Assembly (NCBI GenBank): GCA_029258655.1 | Contig: JARHYD010000027.1 | Location: 5,630-69,629 of the forward strand | DNA length: 64,000 bases | Source: Mailhella sp. | GTDB lineage: Bacteria; Desulfobacterota; Desulfovibrionia; Desulfovibrionales; Desulfovibrionaceae | Direction of reading: 5' to 3' | In this document: piece after piece, positions 49,346-60,338 of the stretch | How positions within the stretch are numbered: position 1 is the stretch's first letter | Layout: each line of letters starts with the position of its first letter | Notes under the pieces: model-generated | Told to the model about the DNA's origin: nothing | Seen by the model: only the letters and a program-made list of their open reading frames with translations | Databases searched by the model: none | Translations under genes and position numbers: made by a program

Positions 49346-50455
49346 TTAAGAAGATTCTCTTGTATAAACAACTTCAATTTCAGGAAATTCTTCATCTTCA
49401 AAAATATCTTCTTCTTGATAATGAATTAAAGCTTCATTTACTTCTAATTCATGGCGAAGTTTCCACATACGACGAACAAGTTCTTCTAAACCTGTTCCTT
49501 CTTTTGCACTTATAAAAAAGATTTCTCGATTTTCTTTTTTTGCCATATTTTTTATTTCTTCAAGTTCTTCTTCTGTCAATAAATCAATTTTATTAATTAC
49601 TTCTATTTGCTTTCTTGTGGAAAGTTCTTCATCAAAAAGACGTAATTCTTCATTAATTAAATCAAATCCAGAAAAAGGATATTCTGTTTTTGTAATATCT
49701 TGAGCTGATAAAATATGAACAAGAAATCGTGTTCTTTCAACGTGTTTTAAAAATCTATCACCAAGCCCAAGCCCTGTATGTGCTCCTTCAATAAGTCCGG
49801 GAATATCTGCAATAATCATTCGAGAATCAGGATCAAATTCATCAATAATAACACCTAAATTGGGGCTTAATGTTGTAAAAGGATAATCTGCAATTTTAGG
49901 TTTTGCTGCTGATATTTGAGAAAGAAATGTTGATTTACCTGCATTAGGTAAGCCCAATAATCCTGCATCTGCCAAAATTTTTAATTCAAGACGCAAAGAT
50001 TTTTGTTCTCCTTCTTCTCCTTTTTGAGCAAAACGTGGTGCTCTATTGGTAGAGGATTTAAAATGCTCATTTCCTTTTCCGCCCCTTCCACCTTGTGCAA
50101 TAAGTATACACGCTTCAGGATCAGAAAGATCGGCTATTAAAATTTCCTCAAATTCTGTACGTTCAAAAATTTGTGTACCTACTGGAAATTCTAAAATTAA
50201 ATCTTCTCCTTTTCTGCCATCACATTGGCTACCTTGTCCATCACTACCATTTTTTGCATCATAATTTCTCTTTAAACGAAAATCATATAAAGAGTGCAAA
50301 CGATTAGTTGCTTTTGCATAAATAGAAGCACCATCACCACCATTTCCACCGTCTGGACCACCACGTGGAATAAACTTTTCCCGTCTAAAAGACATACAAC
50401 CATTTCCACCCTTACCAGCTTTTACTTGGATAAGAGCTTCATCTACAAAACGCAT
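49346..50455 (-). CDS. obg: GTPase Obg/CgtA
   Basis: MRFVDEA...KAGKGGNGC Obg fold, then a G domain (GLPNAGKST, DIPGLIEGA, NKID). Confidence 0.95.
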   Translation of the reverse strand: MRFVDEALIQVKAGKGGNGCMSFRREKFIPRGGPDGGNGGDGASIYAKATNRLHSLYDFRLKRNYDAKNGSDGQGSQCDGRKGEDLILEFPVGTQIFERTEFEEILIADLSDPEACILIAQGGRGGKGNEHFKSSTNRAPRFAQKGEEGEQKSLRLELKILADAGLLGLPNAGKSTFLSQISAAKPKIADYPFTTLSPNLGVIIDEFDPDSRMIIADIPGLIEGAHTGLGLGDRFLKHVERTRFLVHILSAQDITKTEYPFSGFDLINEELRLFDEELSTRKQIEVINKIDLLTEEELEEIKNMAKKENREIFFISAKEGTGLEELVRRMWKLRHELEVNEALIHYQEEDIFEDEEFPEIEVVYTRESS

Positions 50456-50521
50456 ACAATTACTCCATAGTAAAAAGGCGAGAAGAATATCCTCTCGCCT
50501 TTAAATTTTTATTTACTTAAA

Positions 50522-50800
50522 TTAAGCTGTTGTAACTTCAACTGGTACAATATGTACGCGTTTATGTTCTTTACGTTTACGTACAAATGTTTCAAATTTC
50601 ACTGTACCTTCAACTTTAGCAAAAAGGGTATAGTCACGTCCCATACCTACATTTTCACCAGGAAAAATACGAGTACCAAGTTGACGAACTAAAATATTTC
50701 CAGCAAGAACTTTTTGACCACCAAAGCGTTTTACGCCTCGTCTTTGTCCTTCACTATCACGACCGTTACGGGAACTCCCGCCAGCTTTCTTATGAGCCAT
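50522..50800 (-). CDS. rpmA: 50S ribosomal protein L27
   Basis: [16 protein letters not shown]. Confidence 0.95.
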   Translation of the reverse strand: MAHKKAGGSSRNGRDSEGQRRGVKRFGGQKVLAGNILVRQLGTRIFPGENVGMGRDYTLFAKVEGTVKFETFVRKRKEHKRVHIVPVEVTTA

Positions 50801-50819
50801 AATTAACTCCTTTTATCTT

Positions 50820-51128
50820 TTACGCATTAATGCCCGTAATGGTGAGGGCTGTAAAATCTTGACGATGACCTTGAGTCTTACGATAAGATTTACGACGATG
50901 TTTTTTAAATACAATAACTTTTTCACCACGACCATGTTCTAATATTTTAGCAGAAACTTTTGCACCTTCAATAAATGGTGTACCAAATTTTGCAGTGTCG
51001 CCACCAAGCATTACAACACGATCAAAAGTAATTTCACTACCTACTTCAGCAGCAAGTCTATCAATAACAATTTTATTGCCTTCTTGTACACGGAATTGTT
51101 TTCCGCAAGTTTCAATAATAGCGTACAT
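50820..51128 (-). CDS. rplU: 50S ribosomal protein L21
   Basis: MYAIIETCGKQFRV. It is in the conserved rplU-rpmA-obg order. Confidence 0.95.
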   Translation of the reverse strand: MYAIIETCGKQFRVQEGNKIVIDRLAAEVGSEITFDRVVMLGGDTAKFGTPFIEGAKVSAKILEHGRGEKVIVFKKHRRKSYRKTQGHRQDFTALTITGINA

Positions 51129-51302
51129 TCAAACCTCCGAAGAAAAGAGAACCGAAAAATAGCGTGACTTAAGATTAAAGTCAAGAATTATTTTCTCTTT
51201 TTTCGTATTTAGAGAAAGTATTTTCATGCATTGCATGAATGATAATAACATTTACCACAAGCCATAAGTATGGTGTACGGGGAAACTTACGGCAAGAATA
51301 AA

Positions 51303-51443
51303 TTAATGATGAACGTGTTCACCTTTCTTTATTCTATATACAATAGCGGTAAGCATGATGGCAAAATAGATGAAAATAAGGCTAACACCTACAAAACCTT
51401 GAGGTGTAGAATGCATTACGTTTTCAATAAGTTCACCGAACAT
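51303..51443 (-). CDS. Candidate 46-aa single-TM small protein (possibly FixQ/CcoQ-like)
   Basis: Not in the ORF track. MFGELIENVMHSTPQGFVGVSLIFIYFAIMLTAIVYRIKKGEHVHH. aaggag lies 5 nt upstream of the ATG. It has a hydrophobic helix followed by a basic patch. Confidence 0.4.
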   Translation of the reverse strand: MFGELIENVMHSTPQGFVGVSLIFIYFAIMLTAIVYRIKKGEHVHH

Positions 51444-51807
51444 GAATACTCCTTTTTTCTCCTTATGAGGGTATGGTATAAAGAGAACTAAATAATTATA
51501 ATTAATTTAATTTGTTAGTCAAGTATTTTAATTAAGATAATTTTAGAATATCGTTCTAAAAATTATGCTTATTGTTTTGCTAAATTATCAATTCAAGTGC
51601 AACACGTCATATAGAAAAACTTCAATAGAAAATTTTAGTTAAAATATTTTTTAGATCTATATATTATATTTAAATTTTTTTTAGTGTGTGTTTTTAAAAT
51701 AATTTTTATTTAATTTCTTATTTTTTTATATTAGTAGAATATTTTATAAAGTCTTTGTAACTTCATAAAGTTATATGCTATTTCTTACGAAATTTTTATA
51801 TTATCTT

Positions 51808-51857
51808 TATTTTAAAATAAATAAAATAGTCGTATTACTAATTAATAATACGACTAT
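51808..51857 (-). terminator. Terminator downstream of the zinc-ribbon membrane protein gene
   Basis: atagtcgtatta-ctaattaa-taatacgactat with a T-rich tract on the minus strand. Confidence 0.6.
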
Positions 51858-51890
51858 TTAAATTTATCTAACCTATGATATTTTTTTATA

Positions 51891-52601
51891 TTATTTTAAA
51901 CTCATTACTTGACGAGTATTAGCAAGTAAAGCTTGTGGATCAACTTTTAGGCCTGTTTGTTGAATAGCTTTTTCAACAAGTTCTAAATCTGTATGTTGTT
52001 CCTCTTTTTGCAATGCTTCATATTTTAATTTACCATATTGTGCTAATACTGCTAATTCATCTTTTGTATAGCCACGCATTGACGCATTTGCATCAAAAAA
52101 TTTACCTACTTTTTCTTTTGCATCATAATCCATTTCATCTGGAGAATACGTAACATCAGCTAAGACCATATCTGTATAAGTATTACCTGAATTACTACTT
52201 AAAAGAACAACTGCAATTATAGGTAAAGATTGTTTTTCATGAGCAGCCAATGCAATTTTCATAGCTGTTGTAATTAAATCATTTTGTGTTGCAGTACTTT
52301 GATCTCCTTTTAAATACGCTGTTACATATAAACGCTCTCTGGTTGGATTTGCTGCTGCATTAATTTTTGTATCAATAATTTTGTAGGAAAGAGGTTTTCC
52401 TGGAAAATTGATTTTATCACCAGAATTTAAGAAATAAAAAAATGCAATACCAATAATAACCAAGATACCTAAAAAATATTTTAATACAGGTATAAAACTT
52501 TTAGGAGAACAAGTAGTAAGAACTTCATTACATTTTGGGCAAACTTCCTTATCTCCTACAACTTGATGCCCACATTTAGGACAAGTAACAATTTTAGTCA
52601 T
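51891..52601 (-). CDS. Zinc-ribbon / single-TM protein of unknown function
   Basis: The N-terminus has CPKCGHQ...CPKCN, followed by a TM helix and a ~170-aa extracytoplasmic domain that I cannot place. Confidence 0.55.
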   Translation of the reverse strand: MTKIVTCPKCGHQVVGDKEVCPKCNEVLTTCSPKSFIPVLKYFLGILVIIGIAFFYFLNSGDKINFPGKPLSYKIIDTKINAAANPTRERLYVTAYLKGDQSTATQNDLITTAMKIALAAHEKQSLPIIAVVLLSSNSGNTYTDMVLADVTYSPDEMDYDAKEKVGKFFDANASMRGYTKDELAVLAQYGKLKYEALQKEEQHTDLELVEKAIQQTGLKVDPQALLANTRQVMSLK

Positions 52602-52856
52602 AAATTTTACTCCTTGAATTTTTGCATATATTGGTACTTATAGCTTATACTTCATTTTTTAGATAATATAACTAGTCTATCATTATTTGACAAGTAGATA
52701 ATTAACTTTTTTGTATGTTATTTAATACAATTAGTTAATACGTAAAATTTCTTATTTTTTTAATATACTACAATAAATAAAAAAATAATTTATCATACTT
52801 ATTATAGATAACTATTTATAATAAATCATATTACTAATATTATACGATAAATACTA

Positions 52857-52889
52857 TAAAAAAAGTCGTCATGATAACGACTTTTTTTT
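52857..52889 (-). terminator. Rho-independent terminator after tyrS
   Basis: gtcgt-catgata-acgac flanked by A and T runs. Confidence 0.7.
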
Positions 52890-52909
52890 ACCAAAAAGAA
52901 ATATCATCT

Positions 52910-54124
52910 TTATTTAACAGTTAATAAAATAAAATTCTTTTTTCCACACTTTACAGTATAACTGCCTTTTGCAACAGGAGCATACGCATCAGTATATTTT
53001 TCATCATTAATAGATAAAGCCCCTTGTTGTACTAAACGCTTAGCAGCACTTTTTGATTCTGCTACGCCACTTGCTGTTAAGAAATTAATAGGAGCACTAT
53101 CTTCTCCCTCATTACATTCATATCGAGGAGCATCTTCTGGAACACCACCTTTTGCAAAAACAGAATTAAAACCTTGTCGAGCTTCTTCTGCTTTATCTTT
53201 ACCATGATAGCGTTCAACAATTTCAAAAGCTAACTCTTCTTTAACTATTTTTGGGTGTTTTTTCCCTGTTTCAACATCTTGACGCATTTGTTCTATTTCT
53301 TCCAAACTTTTACTAGAAATAAGTTCATAATAACGCCACATAAGTTCATCAGAAATAGACATAGCCTTACCAAATTGATCTTTTGGTGATTCTGCAATAC
53401 CAATATAATTACCGTATGATTTAGACATTTTTCTTACTCCGTCTAAACCTTCAAGAAGTGGAACAGTAATAATACATTGAGGTTCTTGCCCATAATGGCT
53501 TTGCAATGTTCTACCCATAAGCAAATTAAATGTTTGGTCAGTTCCTCCCATTTCTACATCTGTTTTAAGGGCAACGGAATCATAGGCTTGTGCTAATGGA
53601 TAAAAAAATTCATGGATAGCAATAGGTCTTTCTTCTTTATATCGTTTTGAAAAATCATCACGTTCAAGCATACGAGCAACAGTACAATTACTCATTAATT
53701 TTAAAAATTCTGTTGGGGTAAGTGCATTAAGCCATTTTGAATTAAAAGCAACTGTGGTTTTTTCTGGATCTAAAATTTTAAAAATTTGTTCTTTATACGT
53801 ATTAGCATTTGCAATAACTTGTTCTTCTGTAAGTGGTGGACGTGTTTCTGAACGACCAGAAGGATCGCCTATTCTACCCGTAAAATCACCAATTAAAAAT
53901 GTTACATTATGTCCAAGTTCTTGGAAGTGACGCATTTTATGAATAACCACTGTATGCCCTAAATGCAAATCTGGAGCAGTTGGGTCAAAACCAACTTTAA
54001 TATTAAGTGGTTTATCTCTTGCTAATTTTTTACGTAAATCTTCCTCACTAATAAGGTCTACAATACCACGACGAATAAGTTTTATTTGTTCGTCAATATT
54101 TTTAATAGACAATGGAGAACTCAT
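52910..54124 (-). CDS. tyrS: Tyrosine-tRNA ligase
   Basis: It has HLGH (DLHLGHTV), KMSKS and a C-terminal S4-like domain. The start is placed at MSSPLS, preceded by gaggt. Confidence 0.9.
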   Translation of the reverse strand: MSSPLSIKNIDEQIKLIRRGIVDLISEEDLRKKLARDKPLNIKVGFDPTAPDLHLGHTVVIHKMRHFQELGHNVTFLIGDFTGRIGDPSGRSETRPPLTEEQVIANANTYKEQIFKILDPEKTTVAFNSKWLNALTPTEFLKLMSNCTVARMLERDDFSKRYKEERPIAIHEFFYPLAQAYDSVALKTDVEMGGTDQTFNLLMGRTLQSHYGQEPQCIITVPLLEGLDGVRKMSKSYGNYIGIAESPKDQFGKAMSISDELMWRYYELISSKSLEEIEQMRQDVETGKKHPKIVKEELAFEIVERYHGKDKAEEARQGFNSVFAKGGVPEDAPRYECNEGEDSAPINFLTASGVAESKSAAKRLVQQGALSINDEKYTDAYAPVAKGSYTVKCGKKNFILLTVK

Positions 54125-54317
54125 TTTTTTACCTCGTAATAACATTGAGAAAAGAAGTTTATTTTTTTTTAACTAATTTGACAAGTAAAAAAATCTATTA
54201 TTATACATTTTTAGAAAAATATCCAACATAAATAAACAAGAAATGTTAATAAAAACTTTTCATTAACGACCAATTATCTATTTACAAAAAATAAAAAACT
54301 GTTTTAAAAAATATTTT

Positions 54318-55715
54318 TTAAAATACAGCTGGTAATGAAAATTCTAAATTTTCATTTCGATAATTACGCCAATTTTTTAATACTTCAACTGTTGATTTTC
54401 TAACGTGTCCAATAACATTTACTTTTTTATGTTTTTGTGCATACAAATATGCTTTATTTAATTCTTTTAAGATATTTATTTTATTAGAAGAATTATCAAT
54501 AAAGAAATCTCTTTTTGCAATTAAAAAATTATGCTCTTTTCCTATTTTATACAATTTTGAATCTGTTGTGGTAATACTATCTAGTAAAACAAAAAAAGGT
54601 TTTATTTCTCGAACAGCTCTTAAAAATTTTTCAACAGCATTTGTGTTTGCTGTAAATTTTGATCCCATGTGATTATTTGTTCCTTGTACATATGGAACAG
54701 TTATAATATTTTCTGACAAAATTTTATAAATTTGTTCATAAGGCATATCAACTAAAATGCCCCCCTCGCCCATATCCATAGTATGTCCTTCATGAGAATA
54801 TGCTTCCATAGGTTGATGTAAAAATACAGGCAAACCTTTTTCATGAGCTAATACAGCTATACTTACAGCGTGTGTTGCTTTTGGCCAAATAGATAAAATA
54901 ACAGGAAAAGGCAAATCCATACACTCTTTTGCTAAAGATAAATTTTCCCCTGCATCATCTAAAATTAATGTCATATAAAAGCTATTAATATTTAATAGAG
55001 AAACAGCTTTCATACGTTCTTCAAGTTGACGCAATCGTATGATATGTGTTATCTTATTACGATACATAATATAAAAAAAACTTCCTTCATCATAAACCTT
55101 ACAAGGAAGATTTTTCTGTTTCAAAAATTTTTCTAGTTTTCTTAAAAATTTATTTTTTTCTGCTCCTAAATAATATAAATATTTTGGTGAATCACTATGT
55201 ACTAATTGAAACACAATAAATGGATAAGCTTGCAATGATTTATCAAAATGTTCGCCACTATCGGCATAAATAATTTGTTTTTGAGGAATTTCTTGCAATA
55301 AAAAATCCTTTAATGCAAAATGAATTTTTTCTATATGTGATAACATTTTTTGATGTTCATTACTTTTTATTTGAATAGTATTAGTAATTTTTTGAAAAGG
55401 ATCTTCGTATGCAGAATATGCTTTTATTTGTAATGCACTTACATCATATTCAATAACTTTTGATCCTAAATAACTTTTTTTTTCAATTTCTTCTAATTCT
55501 TCTTTCTTTTTTGATGTTAACCGTATTCCAGGAACAGCATTTTCTTTAACAGCAAAACTATCTGTTTCATGAAAAAAATGTGATAAGATAGCAGAAATAC
55601 CAAAATAAAGAGCTAAACAAAAAGAAAAGACAAAAAATCCACTAAATATTCGTCTTATTCCTGCATAAATATTTTCTGCTTTATGCTCTTTTTTTTTCAT
55701 TTTTTTCTGCCCCAT
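54318..55715 (-). CDS. Divergent polysaccharide deacetylase family protein (YibQ-like) with N-terminal membrane anchor
   Basis: The C-terminal half (LILDDAGEN...LSIWP...NNHMGSKFT...LLDSITT...RDFFIDN) fits the YibQ pattern by eye. Confidence 0.65.
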   Translation of the reverse strand: MGQKKMKKKEHKAENIYAGIRRIFSGFFVFSFCLALYFGISAILSHFFHETDSFAVKENAVPGIRLTSKKKEELEEIEKKSYLGSKVIEYDVSALQIKAYSAYEDPFQKITNTIQIKSNEHQKMLSHIEKIHFALKDFLLQEIPQKQIIYADSGEHFDKSLQAYPFIVFQLVHSDSPKYLYYLGAEKNKFLRKLEKFLKQKNLPCKVYDEGSFFYIMYRNKITHIIRLRQLEERMKAVSLLNINSFYMTLILDDAGENLSLAKECMDLPFPVILSIWPKATHAVSIAVLAHEKGLPVFLHQPMEAYSHEGHTMDMGEGGILVDMPYEQIYKILSENIITVPYVQGTNNHMGSKFTANTNAVEKFLRAVREIKPFFVLLDSITTTDSKLYKIGKEHNFLIAKRDFFIDNSSNKINILKELNKAYLYAQKHKKVNVIGHVRKSTVEVLKNWRNYRNENLEFSLPAVF

Positions 55716-55913
55716 ACCTATAAAATAAGGACTTGTTTTATGAAGTCCTTATTTTAAATTATTTTTTTGAAAAATTGTTTCATAACAATATGATAATGAA
55801 AAACAAAAATCTTATATAAGAATGCTATCCAAAAATATCATGGAAGATAAAGAATACATTGATACTTATAATTTTTTGAATAGCTGTATTCATTAGGATC
55901 TGTTTCCAAGTTA

Positions 55914-56169
55914 AGTATGTTTCTAAATTTAAATATTTTTTGGGGAAGTGATTTCCCAAAATCCCCTCAATCAGGTAAATTTATTGAGAAAAGTTTCAAT
56001 AAATTTGCCTGATTAAGAGTATGAGTAGAAAGTTTTTTCAAAATAAAAAGTTATTTATTTTTGTATATTAAATATAATATTTTTTAATATTACTAAATTA
56101 TAAATTTTTTATTTTCATTATTAGAAAACAAAGTTTAATAATTCTAAATAACTTAGACACATATCTTAG
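55914..56169 (+). repeat. Repeat locus R9: apparently complete ~256-bp MITE-like unit (TIR, degenerate P1 55942-55957, P2 55962-56019, linker, subterminal block, inverted TIR)
   Basis: The left end is agtatgtttctaaattt and the right end is aacttagacacatatcttag, which are inverted copies. Its internal modules match R1, R3 and R8. Confidence 0.85.
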
Positions 56170-56225
56170 TTTTTATTTTTTTCTTATTATATAAAATTAT
56201 AATAAAAGAAAAATTTACTACAACC

Positions 56226-57506
56226 TTATTTAATTTTTTGAATAGTTGGTAAAGATTTTACAAGTTGTAATGCAACACGAAGTTGATTATCAATTTTTAA
56301 TAATTCTTTTGCTTCCTTATCTTGTATTGATTTTTTACTTTTTGCATTATTTCCTGTTTCTAAATGACGTGTAAGATCTTTTTCACGAACAAAAATTGCA
56401 TCATCATCTTTTTCACGTGAATTTTCCCAAAGAACTTCAAAATCTGGTGTAATTCCTTCTGCTTGGATAGATTTTCCAGAAGGTGTGTAATAAAGTGCAA
56501 CTGTAAGCTTTAAGCCTGTTCCATCTGGCAAAGGAATAACATTTTGAACAGAACCCTTACCAAAGGTTTTTTCTCCTACTATTAATGCTCTTCTTCTATC
56601 ACTTAACGCTCCTGCAACAATTTCAGATGCAGACGCAGAACCAGCATTTACAAGAACAACAAGAGGAGCTTTTACATCATCTTTTTGTTTTTGTGCAGTA
56701 TATTCCATTTCATCATTGCCATCACGACCACGCATTGACATTACAAGACCATCTTCTAAGAACATATCAGCAACTTTAATTGCTTGGTCAACTAATCCTC
56801 CTGGATTATTTCGCATATCCAAAATAAGACCTTTAATTTCACCACTTTTTTGTGCTTTATTTAATTCTTTTCTTAAATCATCTGAGGTATTTTCACTAAA
56901 GCGAGTAAGTCTAATCCAATGATAACCTTCTTCTAATTCTTTTGATTTTACTGTAATATAAGGAATATCATCACGTTTTAATTTAATAGTAACAGGTTTT
57001 GCACTATTTTTATGAAGAACTAAGAGTGTAAGTTCAGACCCTTTTTTACCACGCATAAGCGTTGCCGCTTCAGATAAACTCATTTGATCAGTAAATTTGC
57101 CATCAATAGATAAAATTTGATCACCTGCTTTAATTCCTGCCTTATAAGCTGGAGTATCTTCAATAGGGGAAACAACAGTTACAATCCCATTAGCGGTAGT
57201 AATTTCAACACCTATTCCACTAAATTTGCCAACATTGGTTTCTTGCATTTGTTTAAATTCATCTTTATCCATCATAGTTGAATGAGGATCAAGACCTTGT
57301 AACATACCCTTTAAAGCACCATCAATCAATTTAGGCTGTTTTACATCTTCAACATAATATTGTTCAACTATATCAAGAACTTGACTAAAACGTCTTAAAG
57401 AATCATAATCAGCATCAGCACTCACAGCTTTCATAAATGTTCCGCCAGCTAAAAATGCAGCACTTACAACAGAAAAACATACCGTAGTCCGTATAAATTT
57501 ACGCAT
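56226..57506 (-). CDS. ctpA: Carboxy-terminal processing protease (S41 family)
   Basis: It has a signal peptide, a PDZ domain, GLILDMRNNPGG and the catalytic NAGSASASE. Confidence 0.9.
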   Translation of the reverse strand: MRKFIRTTVCFSVVSAAFLAGGTFMKAVSADADYDSLRRFSQVLDIVEQYYVEDVKQPKLIDGALKGMLQGLDPHSTMMDKDEFKQMQETNVGKFSGIGVEITTANGIVTVVSPIEDTPAYKAGIKAGDQILSIDGKFTDQMSLSEAATLMRGKKGSELTLLVLHKNSAKPVTIKLKRDDIPYITVKSKELEEGYHWIRLTRFSENTSDDLRKELNKAQKSGEIKGLILDMRNNPGGLVDQAIKVADMFLEDGLVMSMRGRDGNDEMEYTAQKQKDDVKAPLVVLVNAGSASASEIVAGALSDRRRALIVGEKTFGKGSVQNVIPLPDGTGLKLTVALYYTPSGKSIQAEGITPDFEVLWENSREKDDDAIFVREKDLTRHLETGNNAKSKKSIQDKEAKELLKIDNQLRVALQLVKSLPTIQKIK

Positions 57507-57786
57507 TCAATCCTCCTAAACTACAATAGCAAATATTTTATACATTTCTCATTTAATAGCAAGATATAAAAATTTCATTCAATGTGAATTTTCGCATTTA
57601 TAATAATTTTTAATTACAGTTATATTAAAGAATAACGTATGTTTTCAGATTATTCATAATGATCAATAAAACTAAAAAATACAACATAATGTATTAGAGT
57701 ATATTTATAAATAAGTTAGAAATATACCATAATAGATTTAGTTTTATTATGAAAGAAATTAAATAAAATATGATAATTAAAATGTA

Positions 57787-57822
57787 AAAAAAAAAGACCA
57801 CGTTATTTTAGGTGGTCTTTAT
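57787..57822 (-). terminator. Rho-independent terminator after lepA
   Basis: aagaccac-gttatttta-g-gtggtctt with a 10-nt T-run on the minus strand. Confidence 0.8.
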
Positions 57823-57827
57823 TTATA

Positions 57828-59642
57828 TTAATTTTCATCTCCCACAGAAAGGGCAGCGAGGAATGCCTCTTGGGGTAATTCTACGTTACCCATACGTTTC
57901 ATGCGTTTTTTACCTTCTTTTTGTTTTTCAAGAAGTTTACGTTTACGGGTAATGTCACCACCATAGCATTTTGCTGTAACATTTTTACGGAAAGCAGAAA
58001 CTGTTTCACGGGCTATAATTTTTTGTCCAATAGCGGCTTGGATTGCCACTTCAAAAAGTTGTCGTGGAATAGTCTTTTTGAGTTTTTGTGCTAAGTTTCT
58101 TCCATAATAATATGCTTTTTCGCGGTGTACAATAACGGCTAATGCGTCAACAGCTTCACCATTTAGCATAATATCTAATTTTACAAGGTCAGAAGCTCTA
58201 TAATCAATGGGTTCGTAATCCATAGAAGCATAACCTTTTGTACCAGATTTTAATTTATCAAAGAAATCATAAACAATTTCTGCAAAAGGTAATTCATAGG
58301 TGATAACAACACGGGCAGAAGTTAGATAGCCCATATTTTTTTGAATACCACGTTTTTCTTCACAAAGTTTAAAAACATTCCCTACAAATTCTTGTGGTAC
58401 ATGAATATCCATTTTTACGTATGGCTCATATAATGTTTCAATTTTACCAGCATCAGGGAGTTTAGAAGGGTTATCAATACTAAGTTCTGCACCGTCAGTT
58501 GTTTTAACTTTGTAAATAACAGAAGGAGCTGTGGCAATAAGTTCTACTTGAAATTCTCGTTCTAAACGTTCTTGAATAATTTCCATGTGTAAAAGTCCTA
58601 AAAATCCACAACGGAAACCAAAGCCAAGAGCTTGTGATGTTTCTGGTTCAAAAGAAAAAGCAGCGTCGTTTAATTGTAATTTTTCCAATGCACTTTTAAG
58701 ATTTTCATAATCAGCAGAATCAGTAGGATATAAGCCACAAAAAACCATTGATTGCACTTCTTTAAAGCCTGGTACTGGTTCTTGTGCAGGATTATTGGAA
58801 AGAGTAATAGTATCCCCAACCCTTGCATCGCCAAGTTCTTTAATATTTCCACATAAAAAACCTACTTCACCAGCACCAAGTTCTGGCATATCGAGTGGGG
58901 TAGGTGAAAATACGCCAAGCCGAATAACTTCGTATTCTTTTCCTGTTGCCATGAGGCGAATTTTATCACCTTTTTTGATTTTGCCGTCCATTATTCTAAA
59001 AAGAACTACAACACCTTGATAGGAATCATACCAAGAATCAAAAATAAGTGCTTTGAGAGGAGCATTTAAATCTCCTTCTGGGGCTGGAAGTCTATGGACA
59101 ATAGCATCAAGTACTTGATCAATGTTAAGTCCTGTTTTTGCAGAAACAGGAACAGCGTCTGTACAATCAAGTCCAATACTCTCTTCTATTTCTTCTTTTA
59201 CTCTGTCAACATCAGCACTTGGTAAATCCATTTTATTAAGTACAGGTACTATTTCATGGTTATGATCAAGCGCTAAATATACGTTTGCTAATGTTTGTGC
59301 TTCTACACCTTGTGTGGCGTCCACAACAAGCAATGCTCCGTCACAAGCTGCTAAAGAACGAGAAACTTCGTAGTTAAAGTCTACGTGACCAGGAGTATCA
59401 ATAAGGTTTAGAATATACTCTTTTCCGTCTTTATCTTTGTAAGGAATACGAACAGTTTGTGCTTTAATTGTAATACCGCGTTCTCTTTCAAGATCCATAT
59501 TATCAAGATATTGATCCTTTTTTTCACGGTCGCTTACTAGATTAGTAAATTCTAAAATTCTATCTGCAAGTGTTGACTTGCCATGATCAATATGTGCAAT
59601 AATGGAAAAATTTCTAATATGTTCTAAATTTGAGTTTGCCAT
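57828..59642 (-). CDS. lepA: Translation elongation factor 4 (LepA)
   Basis: [20 protein letters not shown]..., 604 aa, with the LepA C-terminal domain. Confidence 0.95.
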   Translation of the reverse strand: MANSNLEHIRNFSIIAHIDHGKSTLADRILEFTNLVSDREKKDQYLDNMDLERERGITIKAQTVRIPYKDKDGKEYILNLIDTPGHVDFNYEVSRSLAACDGALLVVDATQGVEAQTLANVYLALDHNHEIVPVLNKMDLPSADVDRVKEEIEESIGLDCTDAVPVSAKTGLNIDQVLDAIVHRLPAPEGDLNAPLKALIFDSWYDSYQGVVVLFRIMDGKIKKGDKIRLMATGKEYEVIRLGVFSPTPLDMPELGAGEVGFLCGNIKELGDARVGDTITLSNNPAQEPVPGFKEVQSMVFCGLYPTDSADYENLKSALEKLQLNDAAFSFEPETSQALGFGFRCGFLGLLHMEIIQERLEREFQVELIATAPSVIYKVKTTDGAELSIDNPSKLPDAGKIETLYEPYVKMDIHVPQEFVGNVFKLCEEKRGIQKNMGYLTSARVVITYELPFAEIVYDFFDKLKSGTKGYASMDYEPIDYRASDLVKLDIMLNGEAVDALAVIVHREKAYYYGRNLAQKLKKTIPRQLFEVAIQAAIGQKIIARETVSAFRKNVTAKCYGGDITRKRKLLEKQKEGKKRMKRMGNVELPQEAFLAALSVGDEN

Positions 59643-59647
59643 AAGTT

Positions 59648-60334
59648 TTATTTTGCTTTGCCAAAGCCTGGTATATAAAGTTTACGTTCAAGTAAGTGGA
59701 GAATCCATGTTGCCACAGTCACTAAAAATAAATAATAACACCCTGCTATAAGATAGACTTCTGTTGGTCTAAAAGTTCTTGAAACCAAAATTTTTGCTTC
59801 ACCTGTAAGTTCAATATGGGTAACAAGATAAGCAAGAGAGCTATATTTTATAAGGTAAATTATCTCATTGCCACAGCCAGGAATTGCTTTTCTAAAGGCT
59901 TGAGGGATAATAATTGACCATATAATTTGGAATTTTGTCATACCAAGAGCTTGACCTGCTTTGATTTGTCCTTGTTTTATGGATAATAAAGCACCTCGAA
60001 TATATTCGGATTGATAAGCTCCTGTACAGAAAATAAAGCCTAAAAGAGCTGCTTGGTATGGATCAAGATAAAGTTTTAAATAGGGAATATTAGGTAAACC
60101 AAAATATAAAATCATTAATTGGATAGTTAAAGGAACTCCACGTACTATGGCTACAAAACTATCTGCTATTTTTTTTATCCATTTTGAACCAAAAACACGA
60201 AGAACTCCCATAAAAATCCCAAAAGCTCCTCCAATAATTGAGGCAGGAATAATAAGCCAAAGACTTTCTATCATTCCATGAGTTAATTTGGGGATAATTC
60301 GTTCTGTATAAAAGGCTAAATCTAATAATTCCAC
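59648..60334 (-). CDS. Amino acid ABC transporter permease (His/Glu/Gln/Arg/opine family)
   Basis: It has the EAA-like loop ([26 protein letters not shown]). Confidence 0.85.
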   Translation of the reverse strand: MELLDLAFYTERIIPKLTHGMIESLWLIIPASIIGGAFGIFMGVLRVFGSKWIKKIADSFVAIVRGVPLTIQLMILYFGLPNIPYLKLYLDPYQAALLGFIFCTGAYQSEYIRGALLSIKQGQIKAGQALGMTKFQIIWSIIIPQAFRKAIPGCGNEIIYLIKYSSLAYLVTHIELTGEAKILVSRTFRPTEVYLIAGCYYLFLVTVATWILHLLERKLYIPGFGKAK

Positions 60335-60338
60335 AATA

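Noticed and set aside
51270-51491. 73-aa plus-strand ORF.
   Set aside because: It has no RBS and an odd composition. The opposite strand carries a better small ORF (51303-51443) with a strong RBS and a TM helix.
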